Part shown: positions 26,985 through 38,800 of the stretch, in pieces | Layout: each line of letters begins with the position of its first letter | Numbering within the stretch: position 1 is the first letter of the stretch | Assembly (NCBI GenBank): GCA_010909165.1 | Contig: MU008203.1 | Location: 62,001-126,000 of the forward strand | Direction: 5' to 3' | Length of the DNA stretch: 64,000 nt | From: Anthoceros angustus | Lineage: Eukaryota; Plantae; Anthocerotophyta | The notes under the pieces: generated by a model | Databases searched by the model: none | The model's input: the letters and a program-made list of their open reading frames with translations, nothing else | What the model was told of the DNA's origin: nothing | Program-made: the position numbers and the translations under genes

Positions 26985-29900
26985 CTACTGTAATTTGTCT
27001 CTACCTAAGGCCTGGTCATTGAAGGTCTTTTTCTTCTTCCGTTCAGGTCGTGTCCACTGCATGTTGGAGGTACATTCTCCTAAGACAACCCGACCTGCCG
27101 GCTTCTTTTTTCTTGATTCTGTCTCGAAGAATGGACGTTTTCTCCTCAATGATGTATCAGCCCCCTCCTGCATGACAAGGTGAGGTGTAGAGGACAAGCC
27201 AAGGCTTGCTCCATTAGCCTCCTTTCCCTCCAAGTTCCGAACTAGCAATCCCATGACCCCACATGCGTGCTCACACAAGAGTGGTTCTAGTTTCACAATT
27301 GCAGTGAGTTTAAGCCACAACATCTGCAGAGTGTCTTCTGAACTCCTTTGTGAGCCCACCATGGTTCGTGGCCCTGACTCCACCGCAAGTGCATCCTGTT
27401 CAGGCTCTTCACCTCCTACATGATCAGCCCCCTCCTCAAATTGTGGCCCGTTGCCAATGTCTTCAGGAAATATGTGATTTCCAATATCCAAAGGAAGAAA
27501 AGGTGTAGTCTTCCTTTGGATCAAGGCAGCCACAAGAGCATGTGACCAATTGCCGGCACAGCATCAAGACTTTAACTTGATGCTTACATATGTTCAGGAG
27601 ACGCGTACATACAGCCGGTCTGGCATTGGTGACAATGGGCATGGGCATGTGGCTTCAATGGAAATACATAAGCAACGTTATGCGAACTGCGGGAATGATG
27701 ACTTGTGAACTGGGATCTTCGTAGCTTTAGCAAGGTGTTCTATCATTCATTCTAACTTTCTATTTCTCACAAAGCCCGCCTTCTTGCATTCGATGATACG
27801 AAGTGTACTTGACTTCATCCACTAAATGCGTGTAAAAGCCATCCACTCTGCGACCCCAAAATGCGCTGAGTACAGGATGCTCTTACTTTCAAGTGCAAAT
27901 GGTATGCCTCAATTGAACTATTGCAGTCTTGACCTGCATGAGGAACTGCTCTCACTGCTTCTAACCACATATGAATAATTCTTCCCCACTGCTGCTTGAA
28001 GTAGGTGATGAATATAGGGTACACTCTCAACCGAGTATACAAGGATTCGAGCTTCTCTCTTGCTGCTGCCTCGAAATGAGTGGACACCCTTCCATGTACA
28101 TTATCTCTCCCGACTGTTGCATGATGTCTAATATTGCTGCTGCATTTTTTACCTTCTGTAAGAGATTTCTCAACCACGCTCTCCGCACATGCCAAAGGCA
28201 CAAGAAGACTAACATGTATACGGACCAAAAGTCTGCTTGATTGCATTTATTTCTGCTTGGCAGTCGTCCACCAAAAATGCATTTGGTTGCCACATGGGAG
28301 CAACCTCACGTGCCTTATCTTGCAGCACTTGTAGCCATCTTGCTATACTTGCCATCGGCATCTGCATATCACCCAAGCAACGGGCAAGCCATTCATGTGG
28401 TTATCAAACACCAAGAGACTAATCGGTGAAGCGCCATTTATTGAGACCAATGTTGCATCCATAGCCACAATAGAGTTATGACCCCACTTTACCAACATTT
28501 CTAGCATAAACGGTGTCTGTACACCAAGAATGAAAGTGTCTGCAGCATAAAGAAGAGGCTGTACTGTCTGTACAGGGTAGAAAACTAAGTTAGTGTGAAG
28601 GTCTATCCATATACACACAGTGTCTGCATCTTGCACATGAAGTTCATAGGTTCGAGACTTCACTTTTGTCTCCATATTCTGAACATCCTTGGGACTCAGG
28701 TAATCATCCCTTGTAAACTTGTAGGTTGGATCTGCTCGTCGTTTGGCATGAACTTCCTCTTCGTGATCAACCATGATTTGCATCTTCGTCAACTTGCACA
28801 ACAATTTATGAATGACCCAGCATCGTTTGGCATCAGATAAAAAGCGTGAGCTGGCGGGATGAGGTTGATTAGGTATTAGATCAACGTGATACTCACCCGT
28901 TGCATCGATGTGGCAGGCAATTCTCAGCTCGTGACCTCACCATCCGAGCAATATGGTGGCATAAACCGAATTGGCACCTCTCTTGATGCTTACATATGTG
29001 CCCTTACGCAGCCCAAGGGCACGTACATGCAGCCCAGCAGGTGCTGGCATTGGTGACAATGTAAGGCTGGGCATATGGCTTATTCAATGGAAATACATAA
29101 GCAACGTTGTCTGAACCTGCAGGAATGATGACTTGTGAATCTGGGATCTTCGTAGCTTTAGCAACTGAGTGTTCTATCATTCATTCTAACTTTCTATTTC
29201 TCACAAAGCCTGCCTTCTTGCATTCCTGATGATACCAGAAGTGTACTTCGACTTCGTCCACTAGTACGTATAAAAGCCAGTCCACTCTGCGACCCCGAAG
29301 TAACTGCTTGGTACAGGATGCTCTTACTTTCAAGTGCAAATGGTATGCCTCAATTGAACTATTGCAGTCTTGACCTGCATGAGGAACTGCTCTCACTGCT
29401 TCTAACCACATATGAATAATTCTTCCCCACTGCTGCTTGAAGTAGGTGATGAATATAGGGTACACACTCTCAAACTGAGTATACAAGGATTCGAGCTTCT
29501 CTCTTGCTGCTGCCTCGGAAATGAGTGGACACCCTTCCATGTACATTATCTCTCCCGACTGTTGCATGATGTCTAATATTGCTGCTGCATTTTTTACCTT
29601 CTGTAAGAGATTTCTCAACCACACTCTCCGCACATGCCAAAGGCACAAGAAGACTAACATGTCTGGATCAAAAGTCTGCTTGATTGCATTTATTTCTGCT
29701 TGGCAGTCGTCCACCAAAAATGCATTTGGTTGCCACATGGGAGCAACCTCACGTGCCTTATCTTGCAGCAACTGTAGCCATCTTGCTATACTTGCTGCAT
29801 TAGCATCTCTGCATATCACCCAAGCAACGGGCAAGCCATTCATGTGGTTATCAAACACCAAGAGACTAATCAGCTGAAACTGCCATTTATTGAGACCAAT

Positions 29901-30855
29901 CGTCGCATCCATAGCCACAATAGAGTTATGACCCCACTTTACCAACATTTCTAGCATAAACGGTGTCTGCACACCAAGAATGAAAGTGTCTGCAGCATAA
30001 AGAAGAGGCTGTACAAGGTAGAAAACTAAGTTAGTGTGAAGGTCTATCCATATACACACAGTGTCTGCATCTTGCACATGAAGTTCATAGGTTCGAGACT
30101 TCACTTTTGTCTCCATATTCTGAACATCCTTGGGACTCAGGTAATCATCCCTTGTAAACTTGTAGGTTGGATCCGTCGTTTGGCATGAACTTCCTCTTCG
30201 TGATCAACCATGATTTGCATCTTCGTCAACTTGCACAACAATTTATGAATGACCCAGCGTCGTTTGGCATCGGATAAAAAGCAACAGCTGGCGGGATGAG
30301 GTTGAGATTAGGTATTAGATCAACGTGATTACTCACCCGTTGCATCAGGAAACCGTTCTCAGCTCGTGACCTCAGCCATCTGAGCAATATGGTGGCATAA
30401 AACTGGAATTGGCACCCTCTCTTGATGCTGGCTTTCGCCCTTCTTGAGCCAGGACCTGTCTTTGGCCTCAGTGATGGATCCACAAAGTTGGAGAGTTCAG
30501 CACATTGACCTCGACGGTCAGTTGGTCCATATTGACAATGATACACCACACATTCAGATACTTGTGTGGGCCTTCTAACGTTCTTGGGAGCTTCCTTCGA
30601 AATCCAATGGTACAGCTTGCTGAACTATGTTGAGAATCTAGCGCTTTGTGCTTCCCCTTCCACGAAATCCACCACTCGACAAGTTGGAATGTAGGCCCTA
30701 AGCACTTGTTCCTTAACTTTCTTCTGCCCACATTCATGAGTGCCCAGCGCCCACGACAAGGCTTCTTTGGCAAATGCACCATCTGGTGGCGTTTGCACCA
30801 CCAAGTCTCGGAGCTTCTCATCCGGACAGGCAAGCGATACAGTCATGGTTTCCAA
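26985..30855 (-). pseudogene. MULE transposase with SWIM zinc finger, disrupted, with ~1.4-kb internal tandem duplication
   Basis: Catalytic motifs AMDAT, FLVDDC, CLWH, SSIEAYH in the 29181-30116 ORF; N-terminal KRGCQFQF; C-terminal NICKH (SWIM) near 27590. 27588-28984 repeats 28985-30420. Confidence 0.85.
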
Positions 30856-31692
30856 TGTGTTTCGGCGGAAAATCCCATAATAAAGCTCAAGTTCCTTTTA
30901 AGCACACTTAATATTCAGTCACGGAGATTGAGCGATCACGGTAGGGCAGCCGCGGGCGTGAGGCGGTGGCGGGAGATAATCGGGGCGTGTGCTTGCCTAG
31001 CGCGCGTTGATGTCGGCCTCGGGCCGGTTTGATGTGTGTAAGAGAGAGAGAGCCGCACGGACGGGGCTCAACGGTCGAGGTCTGTCGTGCTTTGCCATCA
31101 ATCGTTTGTGAAGAATAGGCGACGGCGTCTCCTCGAATGTCTTTCCCATAACTACCTACTGCACCAATGATATCAGGGATGATAAAGGGCCTACCTAGCC
31201 GGTGCCGAAGAAGCCGCTAGTTCTGCACATGTAGCCGTCCTATAAACAGCGTTAGCCAACGCTTTCTGCAGAGCTATGGAGTCTTTTAATTATGACATTG
31301 CAGATGCATCCTCGACTAGAAGTAGTAATATGTAGGTCTTTTAATCTTCCTTTGTTATGACGTTGTAGGCGCTGTAAATGACTTTAGACGCGAGCTTAAT
31401 TGCCCCTTCCTTACTGTGACCCTTGGGGGTCTCCCTTTGGTGTGGGGGTTCACCCATCGGCTCTTGAATAAAATTCTTCTTCTCCTTCTTCTTTCCTCAA
31501 TAAAACCTTCAGAGTAAAGTAGGGGTCTGGCCTTGGGGGGGTCAGATGCTCCCGGGGCTTCCCTCAGATGAAGTGTGTGCACTGCCCTTGCCTTCGAAGG
31601 GCGGTGTGATGATGCACAGTATGTCCCTAGGCCTGTTGCCACGGCCTGCATAGTTCTCTGTGCGTCTCATCTTTCAAGAACGGTGCCTGAAG

Positions 31693-34600
31693 ATGGCAAC
31701 CGTGTGTCAACCGGATCCCTTGTGGACCCAACAGATTGGTGGCTGTACAGGAATTCGACGAGGAGGTTCCCCTCACCTCACCTTAGGGAAGCAACTGCCT
31801 GCAAAGAGCCAAGCCAGGTGCAGCAATGTAAGGAACCCAGCACTTCCGAGCAGATTTATGGCTGGGGAGGCATTTTCCAACGATGGTGGTTGGCAGCAGG
31901 AGCAGGAGCAGGAACTCTTGTGGCGACAATTGTTTCTGGACCCTGCCATGTGGTGGGATAACAGGCGAGGTAAGAAAAGCTCTCGAACGCCTGACTTCCG
32001 GCGGAAGGGGTCCGGCGAGGTCCTCTGGTTAAACAGCATGTCCAAACCAGCTTGGGTGGATGAGCAGCTCGTTTCTTTGGATATGCAGATGGGTCATGTC
32101 AAGTCGAGCTCTCCGGATAAGCCTGAGCCTGGCAGTGCAGGGTGGGAAATGGGCGCCGTAACGGCTGCCACCGTAAGCACGTTATGTGAGCAGGGAAAGC
32201 TTACTGAGGCCGTTGGAGCTCTGGAATCTCTGGCGCAGACGGGCTGTCCTATTTCTCTGTCTCTGCTTTATGCTGTGCTGAAGCTGTGTGCAGCTAAGAA
32301 GGATATGGTTGTGGGTCGACGAGTTCATGATCTCGCTGTCAAACTTGGGTACGAGGCAGATACGTTCTTGGGGAACCATATTTTACGCGTGTATGCAGGT
32401 GGGGGTAGGCTAGAGGAGGCCATGGATGTGCTCACCAGGGTGGGCAAACCAGATGTCTTCATGTGGGTTTCGATAATCTCCGCCCATGCTAAACATGGGA
32501 AGCCTACGGAGGCCATACAACTGTACCGTGAGATGAGTAGCTCTGGTGTGAAAGCAGATGCTCACGTCTTTGTAGCAGCCCTTCAAGCTTGTGCACTTGC
32601 TGCGGACGTGGAATCTGGCAGAAAGGTTCACGGTGATGTGTTGCGCAGTGGGATTCCTCCTAGTTTGTTTGTAGCCAACTCCCTGGTGGACATGTACGCA
32701 AAATGTGGAGACCTGGAAGCTGCACGCAGGGTTTTTGACAGCTTGCCCACAAAGGATGTGGTGACATGGAATGCCCTCATAGCTGGGTATGCAAATCATG
32801 GGCTCGCCAAAGAGGCTCTAGGTCTGTATGGACAAATTGAGCAGGAGGGCCTGATTGTGGGTAACCATGTTACATTTGCTTGCCTCCTGAAGGCCTGTGC
32901 AAGCGCCGGTGCCTTACAGGAAGGCAGGCAGCTGCATTCTCAGATTTGGAAAAGAGGACAGCTAGGTAACATACTTGTGGGCAACGGCCTGGTGGACATG
33001 TATGCAAAGTGTGGCAAATTGCAAGATGCACGTCATGTTTTTGACAGCTTGGCTACAAAGGATGTGGTGACATGGAATATTCTGATTGCTGGGTATGCTC
33101 AGCAAGGGTTCAGCCAAGAGGCGCTTGATCTGTATGGACAAATGGAGCAGGAACGCCTGGTTGTGGCTGACCATGTTACATTTGCTTCCCTTCTGAATGC
33201 CTGTGCAACAGCTAGTGACTTACAGAAGGGTAGGCAGCTGCACTCTCAGATTGTGGAAAGAGGACTACTAGATAACATACTGGTGGGCAACTGCCTGGTG
33301 GACATGTATGCAAAATGTGGTGAACTGGAAGATGCACGCCAGGTTTTGACAGCTTGGCACAAAGGATGTGGTGACATGGACGGCCCTGATAGCTGGGTAT
33401 GCAAATCATGGGCTCGGCCACAAGGCGCTTGTTCTGTATGGACAAATGGAGCAGGAACGCCTGGTTGTGGCTGACCATGTTACATTTGCTTCCCTTCTGA
33501 ATGCCTGTGCAACAGCTAGTGACTTACAGAAGGGTAGGCAGCTGCACTCTCAGATTGTGGAAAGAGGACTACTAGATAACATACTGGTGGGCAACTGCCT
33601 CGTAGACATGTATGCAAAATGTGGCGAACTGGAAGATGCACGCAGGGTTTTTGATAGCTTGGGCACAAAGGATGTGGTGACATGGACGGCTCTGATAGCT
33701 GGGTATGCAAATCATGGGCTCGGCCACAAGGCGCTTGTTCTGCATGAACAAATGGAGCAGGAAGGCCTGGTTTTGGGTAACCATGTTACTCTTGCTTGCC
33801 TTCTGAAGGCCTGTGGAAGTGCTGGCGCCTTACAGAAGGGTAGGCAGCTGCACTCACAGATTGTGGAAAGAGGACAACTAGATAACGTTGTTGTGGGCAC
33901 TTGCCTGGTGGACATGTATGCAAAGTGTGGTGAACTGGGCGAGGCATGCTGTGTTTTTGACAGCTTGGCCACAAAAAATGTGGTAACATGGAATGCCCTG
34001 ATAGCTGGGTGTGGTTCTTGTAATGAAGGGCAGAAGGCACTAGCACGCTTTGAGGAGATGTTAGCTGCCGGCATCCAGCCTGACGATGCTACTTTCTCTT
34101 GCCTTTTAGTGGCATGCAGTCATGAGGGACTGGTTAACGAGGGTCGCAAGCACTTTGATTCCATGGTTGAACAGCATCACATCAAACCCACTATCGAACA
34201 TTACAATTGCATGGTTGATCTTCTCGGGCGTGCTGGCCATTTAGACGAGGCAGAGAAGATGCTACTATCATGTGAGACTCAAAGCAATGTTGTCGGTTTG
34301 ACATCTTTGCTGAACGCCTGCAAAAGTCACGGGAACATCGAGATGGCAACGCGGTGTTTCAAGAGTCTTGTTAGATTGGAGCCTCAAGGTGCATCCGCAT
34401 ATGTCCTCATGGCCAATGCCTACGCCAATGCAGGAATGTGGACCGATGTAGATAGGATTGAAGCACAGAGAATGGCAGCAGGAGCTAACAAGAAACCTGC
34501 AGTGGCGGGCATTGAAGTGAAGCAGCAGGTACACACATTTGTAGTGGGAGAAAACAGAGATGATCTTGCGGTCAAGGTGGAGAGCGTGAATGCACGTCTG

Positions 34601-34894
34601 AAGCAGGAAGGGGGCCACGTACCACACACGCAGTTGGTGCTAAAGCCACTATCTGAGAAGGAAAAGGAAGATGAGCTTTGCGGGCATGCTGAGAAGCTAG
34701 CTTTGGCGTTTGGTCTTCTGAACACTCCAAGTGGCACACCTCTGGTGGTAACGAAGAACCTCCGCATGTGCAGTGACTGCCACAGTTCCACGGAGATCAT
34801 GTCCAGGCTTGAAAAGAGAGACATTGTTGTAAGGGATGGATACCGTGTGCATCGATTCGCAGCTGGCTGTTGCACTTGTAATGGTCGACCGTGA
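31693..34894 (+). CDS. PLS-class PPR protein with N-terminal PDF motif and C-terminal E-DYW:KP (GRP-type) deaminase domain; apparent -2 frameshift at ~33344-33357
   Basis: About 6 P-L-S triplets, P2-L2-S2, E1/E2, KKPAVAGIEV in place of the PG box, HAEKLALAFG...CSDC zinc motif, C-terminus ...CTCNGRP*. Two ORFs (31660-33474, 33368-34894) join by restoring 2 nt. The start codon is uncertain. Confidence 0.92.
33130..33745 (+). repeat. Near-identical tandem duplication of one PLS triplet (306-nt unit; first copy 304 nt)
   Basis: ctgtatggacaaatggagc at 33130 and 33434; ctgcatgaacaaatggagc at 33740. Confidence 0.9.
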
Positions 34895-35546
34895 GAACGA
34901 ACAACTAGTCAGTGGTAAGCTGGTGAAATGTTCGAGGGGAAGAATCAACAGCTGGGCAGGGGACTGTGCTGAGGATTCGTTTACACTGGTGTCGTGAGCA
35001 AGTCATCTACGGGTATCCACAGAAGCACAGCGTCTCACGTATGGCCGTCTGGGTCCCGTGTCGTGGCGGTTTGCTTCCATTTTCCCCCAATTTCTCTACG
35101 TGCGAAGCAACTAGGCCAGGTTGCTTATTTTCAACAGGCTCCTCTACGTCATCTTCAGTACGCAGTATGCACAGCACTGTTACACAAACCGTACCTATTT
35201 TAGAAAGGAACATGTCTGGCTCTATCCTGACATATAGAGATGCCCGGGCTTCGTCCGTTCCGGGTGTGTGGAACTTTTTTTTTCTCGAGTTTTACTCGGC
35301 CGAATTTAGAGCCGGCTCCTAAAATTTGTCTCCTTAGTGATGAGCGTGCAGAGGTGGGATCCACCACTCTCACCCCGGTTACCGGTCTATCTATTTTCCC
35401 CTTCCCATCCATATCCCAGTCTCCATGGGTTCCAATCTCACCCTGATGCGCGTCCGAGACCGTTTTTATCGAGGAAAGAAATAGAGGAAAATGCTTCCAC
35501 GGCCACATGAGCTCCCGCGTGGCCACTGGGAAATCTTAGTCCCTTA

Positions 35547-35619
35547 CGCCGCCCGGGGGGCTCGAACCCCCGACCACAAGGTTAAGAGCCTTGCGCTCTA
35601 CCGACTGAGCTAGGGCGGC
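35547..35619 (-). tRNA. tRNA-Lys (anticodon CTT)
   Basis: GCCGCCCTAGCTCAGTCGGTAGAGCGCAAGGCTCTTAACCTTGTGGTCGGGGGTTCGAGCCCCCCGGGCGGCG: 73 nt, paired acceptor, D, anticodon and T stems, A and B boxes. Confidence 0.96.
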
Positions 35620-35778
35620 TTTGCTAGCTGGTGATAAGAAAAATATATAACTACTTACGGATCCACGCCCATATACATTCCGACCACTTTGCAGGCTCTT
35701 CACAAATGCTTTGTGTGTCCAAATGGCTTAGGCCAAATGGACACACATTTATAGGAACGCCGTGATTAAGCATCCTGA

Positions 35779-35853
35779 GCTTAGATCGGTACTTAGATGG
35801 GGTGCCTAAAGGGAGGGCTTAGATCGGTACTTAGATGGGTGCCTAAAGGGAGT
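35779..35853. repeat. Two-copy 38-bp tandem repeat
   Basis: gcttagatcggtacttagatggg(g)tgcctaaagggag at 35779 and 35817. A second 33-bp duplication (ggctcagagaaaatctatggg) lies at ~35978-36031. Confidence 0.85.
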
Positions 35854-38800
35854 GGATGCCCTTGGTGCAAGTAGCTTAGGCACACCATGGTACAAGTTGT
35901 CAAGTACCAAGTCCCATGACGGAAATCCGTCCTTAGTGGACTCAAATAAAATTTTCTTCTTCTTCTTCTTCACTCTTGGCTCAGAGAAAATCTATGGGCC
36001 TATCGGACCAGGCTCAGAGAAAATCTATGGGGCTATCCAACATGGTCATGTTGTCTTTGAGCTGGAAATAAAAAGGGAACATTTGTGTATCGACTGTGTG
36101 GACTAGATACATGTTTATTTACGTCTCTGTTGTTGTAGTAGTGGCCCCACGTGGAGCTTGCCAAAGTTGTTCGACACGAAGCCATTAGCAGTGGTTCTGG
36201 CAACGACTGCAGTGCTGCACCTTCATCTTCGACCTGGCAGGGCAGCAGCTTGGAGAAGCGTGCACCACCAGAGCAGAAGTTTGTTGTTGCAAAAAGTGAC
36301 TAGACTCAATACATAGTTGGACACTTGCGTCGGTTATTAGTAAATCTCGTTATGGTAGGACAGGGAACTTGGTTCCCTGTCCTCCACATTTCAAAGTGGC
36401 TAACGACCAAGTTGTTAGTGCCTCGGCTGCAGCCTGCTGACCAGCTCACAGCGCATCTGCTATGCTTTGCTTCCAAAACTGTGCGTAACGCAATTTCACA
36501 CCCGACCTCCTCCTCTGCCAGCTCGAGACTTAGGGGCCCCAGGCAAGTGCCATTGCTTGTAGGCTCTTAGCCCAAGGGACGGCTACTGCTAGTAGCTAGT
36601 TATAGTCTGTCTGTCTGCCCTACTGCAGCAGGAGCTGCCAAAGAATTTACAAAGTCCAAATCCGGCCACGGGTTGCCAGCTCTGGACACCCTTCCTTCCG
36701 CTCGCACGGAATGCGAGTCTCGACTTCATCCATCTGATTTGTCGTCGATGCACAGCTTCTGGCTGAATTTTGTCTCCAACTGCGCCTGGGAGCCTGTTGA
36801 TGAGGAGGACCTGCACAGCAAGCAGCCCACATGACCCATGTAACGAAATTCAGCCTCTGCTCATGGCCCCCAGGCTCGAGGTGTGACACGGGTGAAACGC
36901 ACCTCTGAGAGATGTCTGCATACATGGTGCGGACTTCGTCTGGATCCATATTGCAAGTCACGACCGGACGGGGACGGGTTGCGAGGAGAGGCCCGCAGGA
37001 GGCCATGTCCAGGCCGCAAGTGGGTTGCTGGATGGACGACGATACGCTGGATTGGGTTGTCATCTTCCTGACCCTAGCCTTGAGAGACCCACTCTATATC
37101 TGCAACGTGAATTGATTGTCAGTTTGCAACAGAAGGCACGGAGGGGAGGGAGTCCACACAAGAAAGAGCCTTCGACACACTCGAGGAATTGAAGGAATCT
37201 CTCATAACAGTTCGAATCACATGCAGTGCACGACGACCTGGTGACAGGCCCCAGGGAAGCAGGCGAGGAGGCAAAGAATTGTGTGGACAAGCAACAGTCT
37301 AGCGGAGCAGGCAACCAGTGATAATCCAGACCTTGAGACGAGTCCTTTGCACTAGAGATGGTCTATTGGCAAGCCCCCAGCAAGCTTAGAGAGCAATTCT
37401 TCGTGCTACCAAGAAGCAGACGAGCTAGTCGAAGAAGAAGCTTGCGCTGGGATGTGATGTGATGGGCTCTGAGCTTGGGAGCCTGTGTATATCAGAGGGG
37501 TTGCCAGCAACAGGATGGATCCCCCAATCCTCAGATGATGTGCAGGAAGAGCAAGGGGAATCGTGCAGCAGTAACGAGGAGCAGATGCTGCAGATACAAG
37601 GGCAAAGGAAGGCAAGGAAGTCCGCTGGAAGGGGATTGCTGTCTTTAAAGGCTAGAAGGGCCGGATCAAATGGTCGAAAATACAAGAAGCTAGCTGCTGA
37701 GGGGAGAGAGAGAGGTTCTATGTATCCCAGATTCCCAAGATGGATTGGAAGGGATGAGAAGGGGAGCAGAGCAGAGGATGTAGATACAAGATTTCCAGCG
37801 AGAGAAGCAAAGCGACAAGAAGTAAAAAGTCCAAAAGAGAGGAAAGAACATGAGAGGCAGAAGCAGAGGCTAGGAGAGGAGAAGGGCATGAAATGCCGAG
37901 AACACAAGAGAACGTTGGCAAGCGAGAGGGGGTTACATACAAGCTGAGAAGCGGTCCGGGGAGCAGGTCCGGGTCCGGGCCTGGAAGCAGCTGGCAAAAC
38001 CAAAATTCCTTGTCCTTAAGATCCCGGCCATTGTCAAAACGCCAGCAGCTTCCCGCTCTTCCACGCGTTCGCTTCCCTCATCAATCAGGGAGCGCCTTTG
38101 TCCGCCTCCGCGGTGTCATTGTCTATGCGACTAACCGACAGTGCGCAACTTGCCTTATTGCGTCTCCCCGCCATGTCCGAACCCACAACCCCGCCCAGCA
38201 GGCTCTGCAAGAGGCAGCGCACATGAGGGGAAAAAACAAGCGCATGCCAATGATAGCAAAGCTGGCGCAAATCCGGATTTGCATCCATCCCGCCCCGCCC
38301 CGGCTTAGAGCGCGGCAGCCAGGCCCGCGGAAGAGGACAAGGGGGCCCCCGGGTTGCGCCAAGATAAAGGCCATCCATCCCCTTGGCTCTAGCCTGCACC
38401 AGCGTCCTGGGTCCTGGCCTCCTGGCACCTGCCTGTGCTCATCCGATCATGCAGCTGCTTGTCTGTAGCGCTGCTCGGGATTCCGGGGCCCCGGCTGAGG
38501 TGTCTGCTATCAACAATTCCAACAACTTCAACTAACCACGTCTGCCGACTCCCGACTCCCAACTCCCGAGCCCAGGCACCTTCGTCAAGGCTTCCATGCA
38601 AGGCAGCCCACCTCGGGTCCGACTCCCTGCTCCCTACTCCTCTCCAGCATCAGCCCATCAGCCAAGGACGCCACACGCCGCACGCGCAGCCGCAGCCCAG
38701 ATGCCATGACCCATCATCACCATGCCCCTTATTGGCCCATGCCTATCACGGGCCCATGCTCAACAACAACACATGCTGGCTGCTGGCATCTGCTGATCTG

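Larger units (their letters stand above)
25976..31126 (-). mobile_element. Mutator-like DNA transposon (MULE) with both ends intact, 5151 bp, ~190-bp TIRs, 9-bp TSD GTCTCCTCG
   Basis: TSD gtctcctcg at 25967-25975 and 31127-31135. Left TIR starts gccgtcgcctattcttcacaaacgattgatggcaaag; the right TIR is its reverse complement ending at 31126. Internal MULE transposase. Confidence 0.95.

Noticed and set aside
25976-31126. Helitron, suggested by the RPA-like ORF
   Set aside because: No Rep/helicase motifs; TIRs, the 9-bp TSD and DDE motifs indicate a Mutator element.
33344-33357. Calling the PPR-DYW gene a pseudogene or two genes
   Set aside because: The break is two single-base losses in short runs relative to the adjacent near-identical repeat, and the rest of the ~3.2-kb frame is clean. 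A sequencing error is more likely, though unproven.
35779-36031. CRISPR-like short repeats
   Set aside because: Only two adjacent copies each, no spacers, eukaryotic context. No CRISPR array is present in the window.
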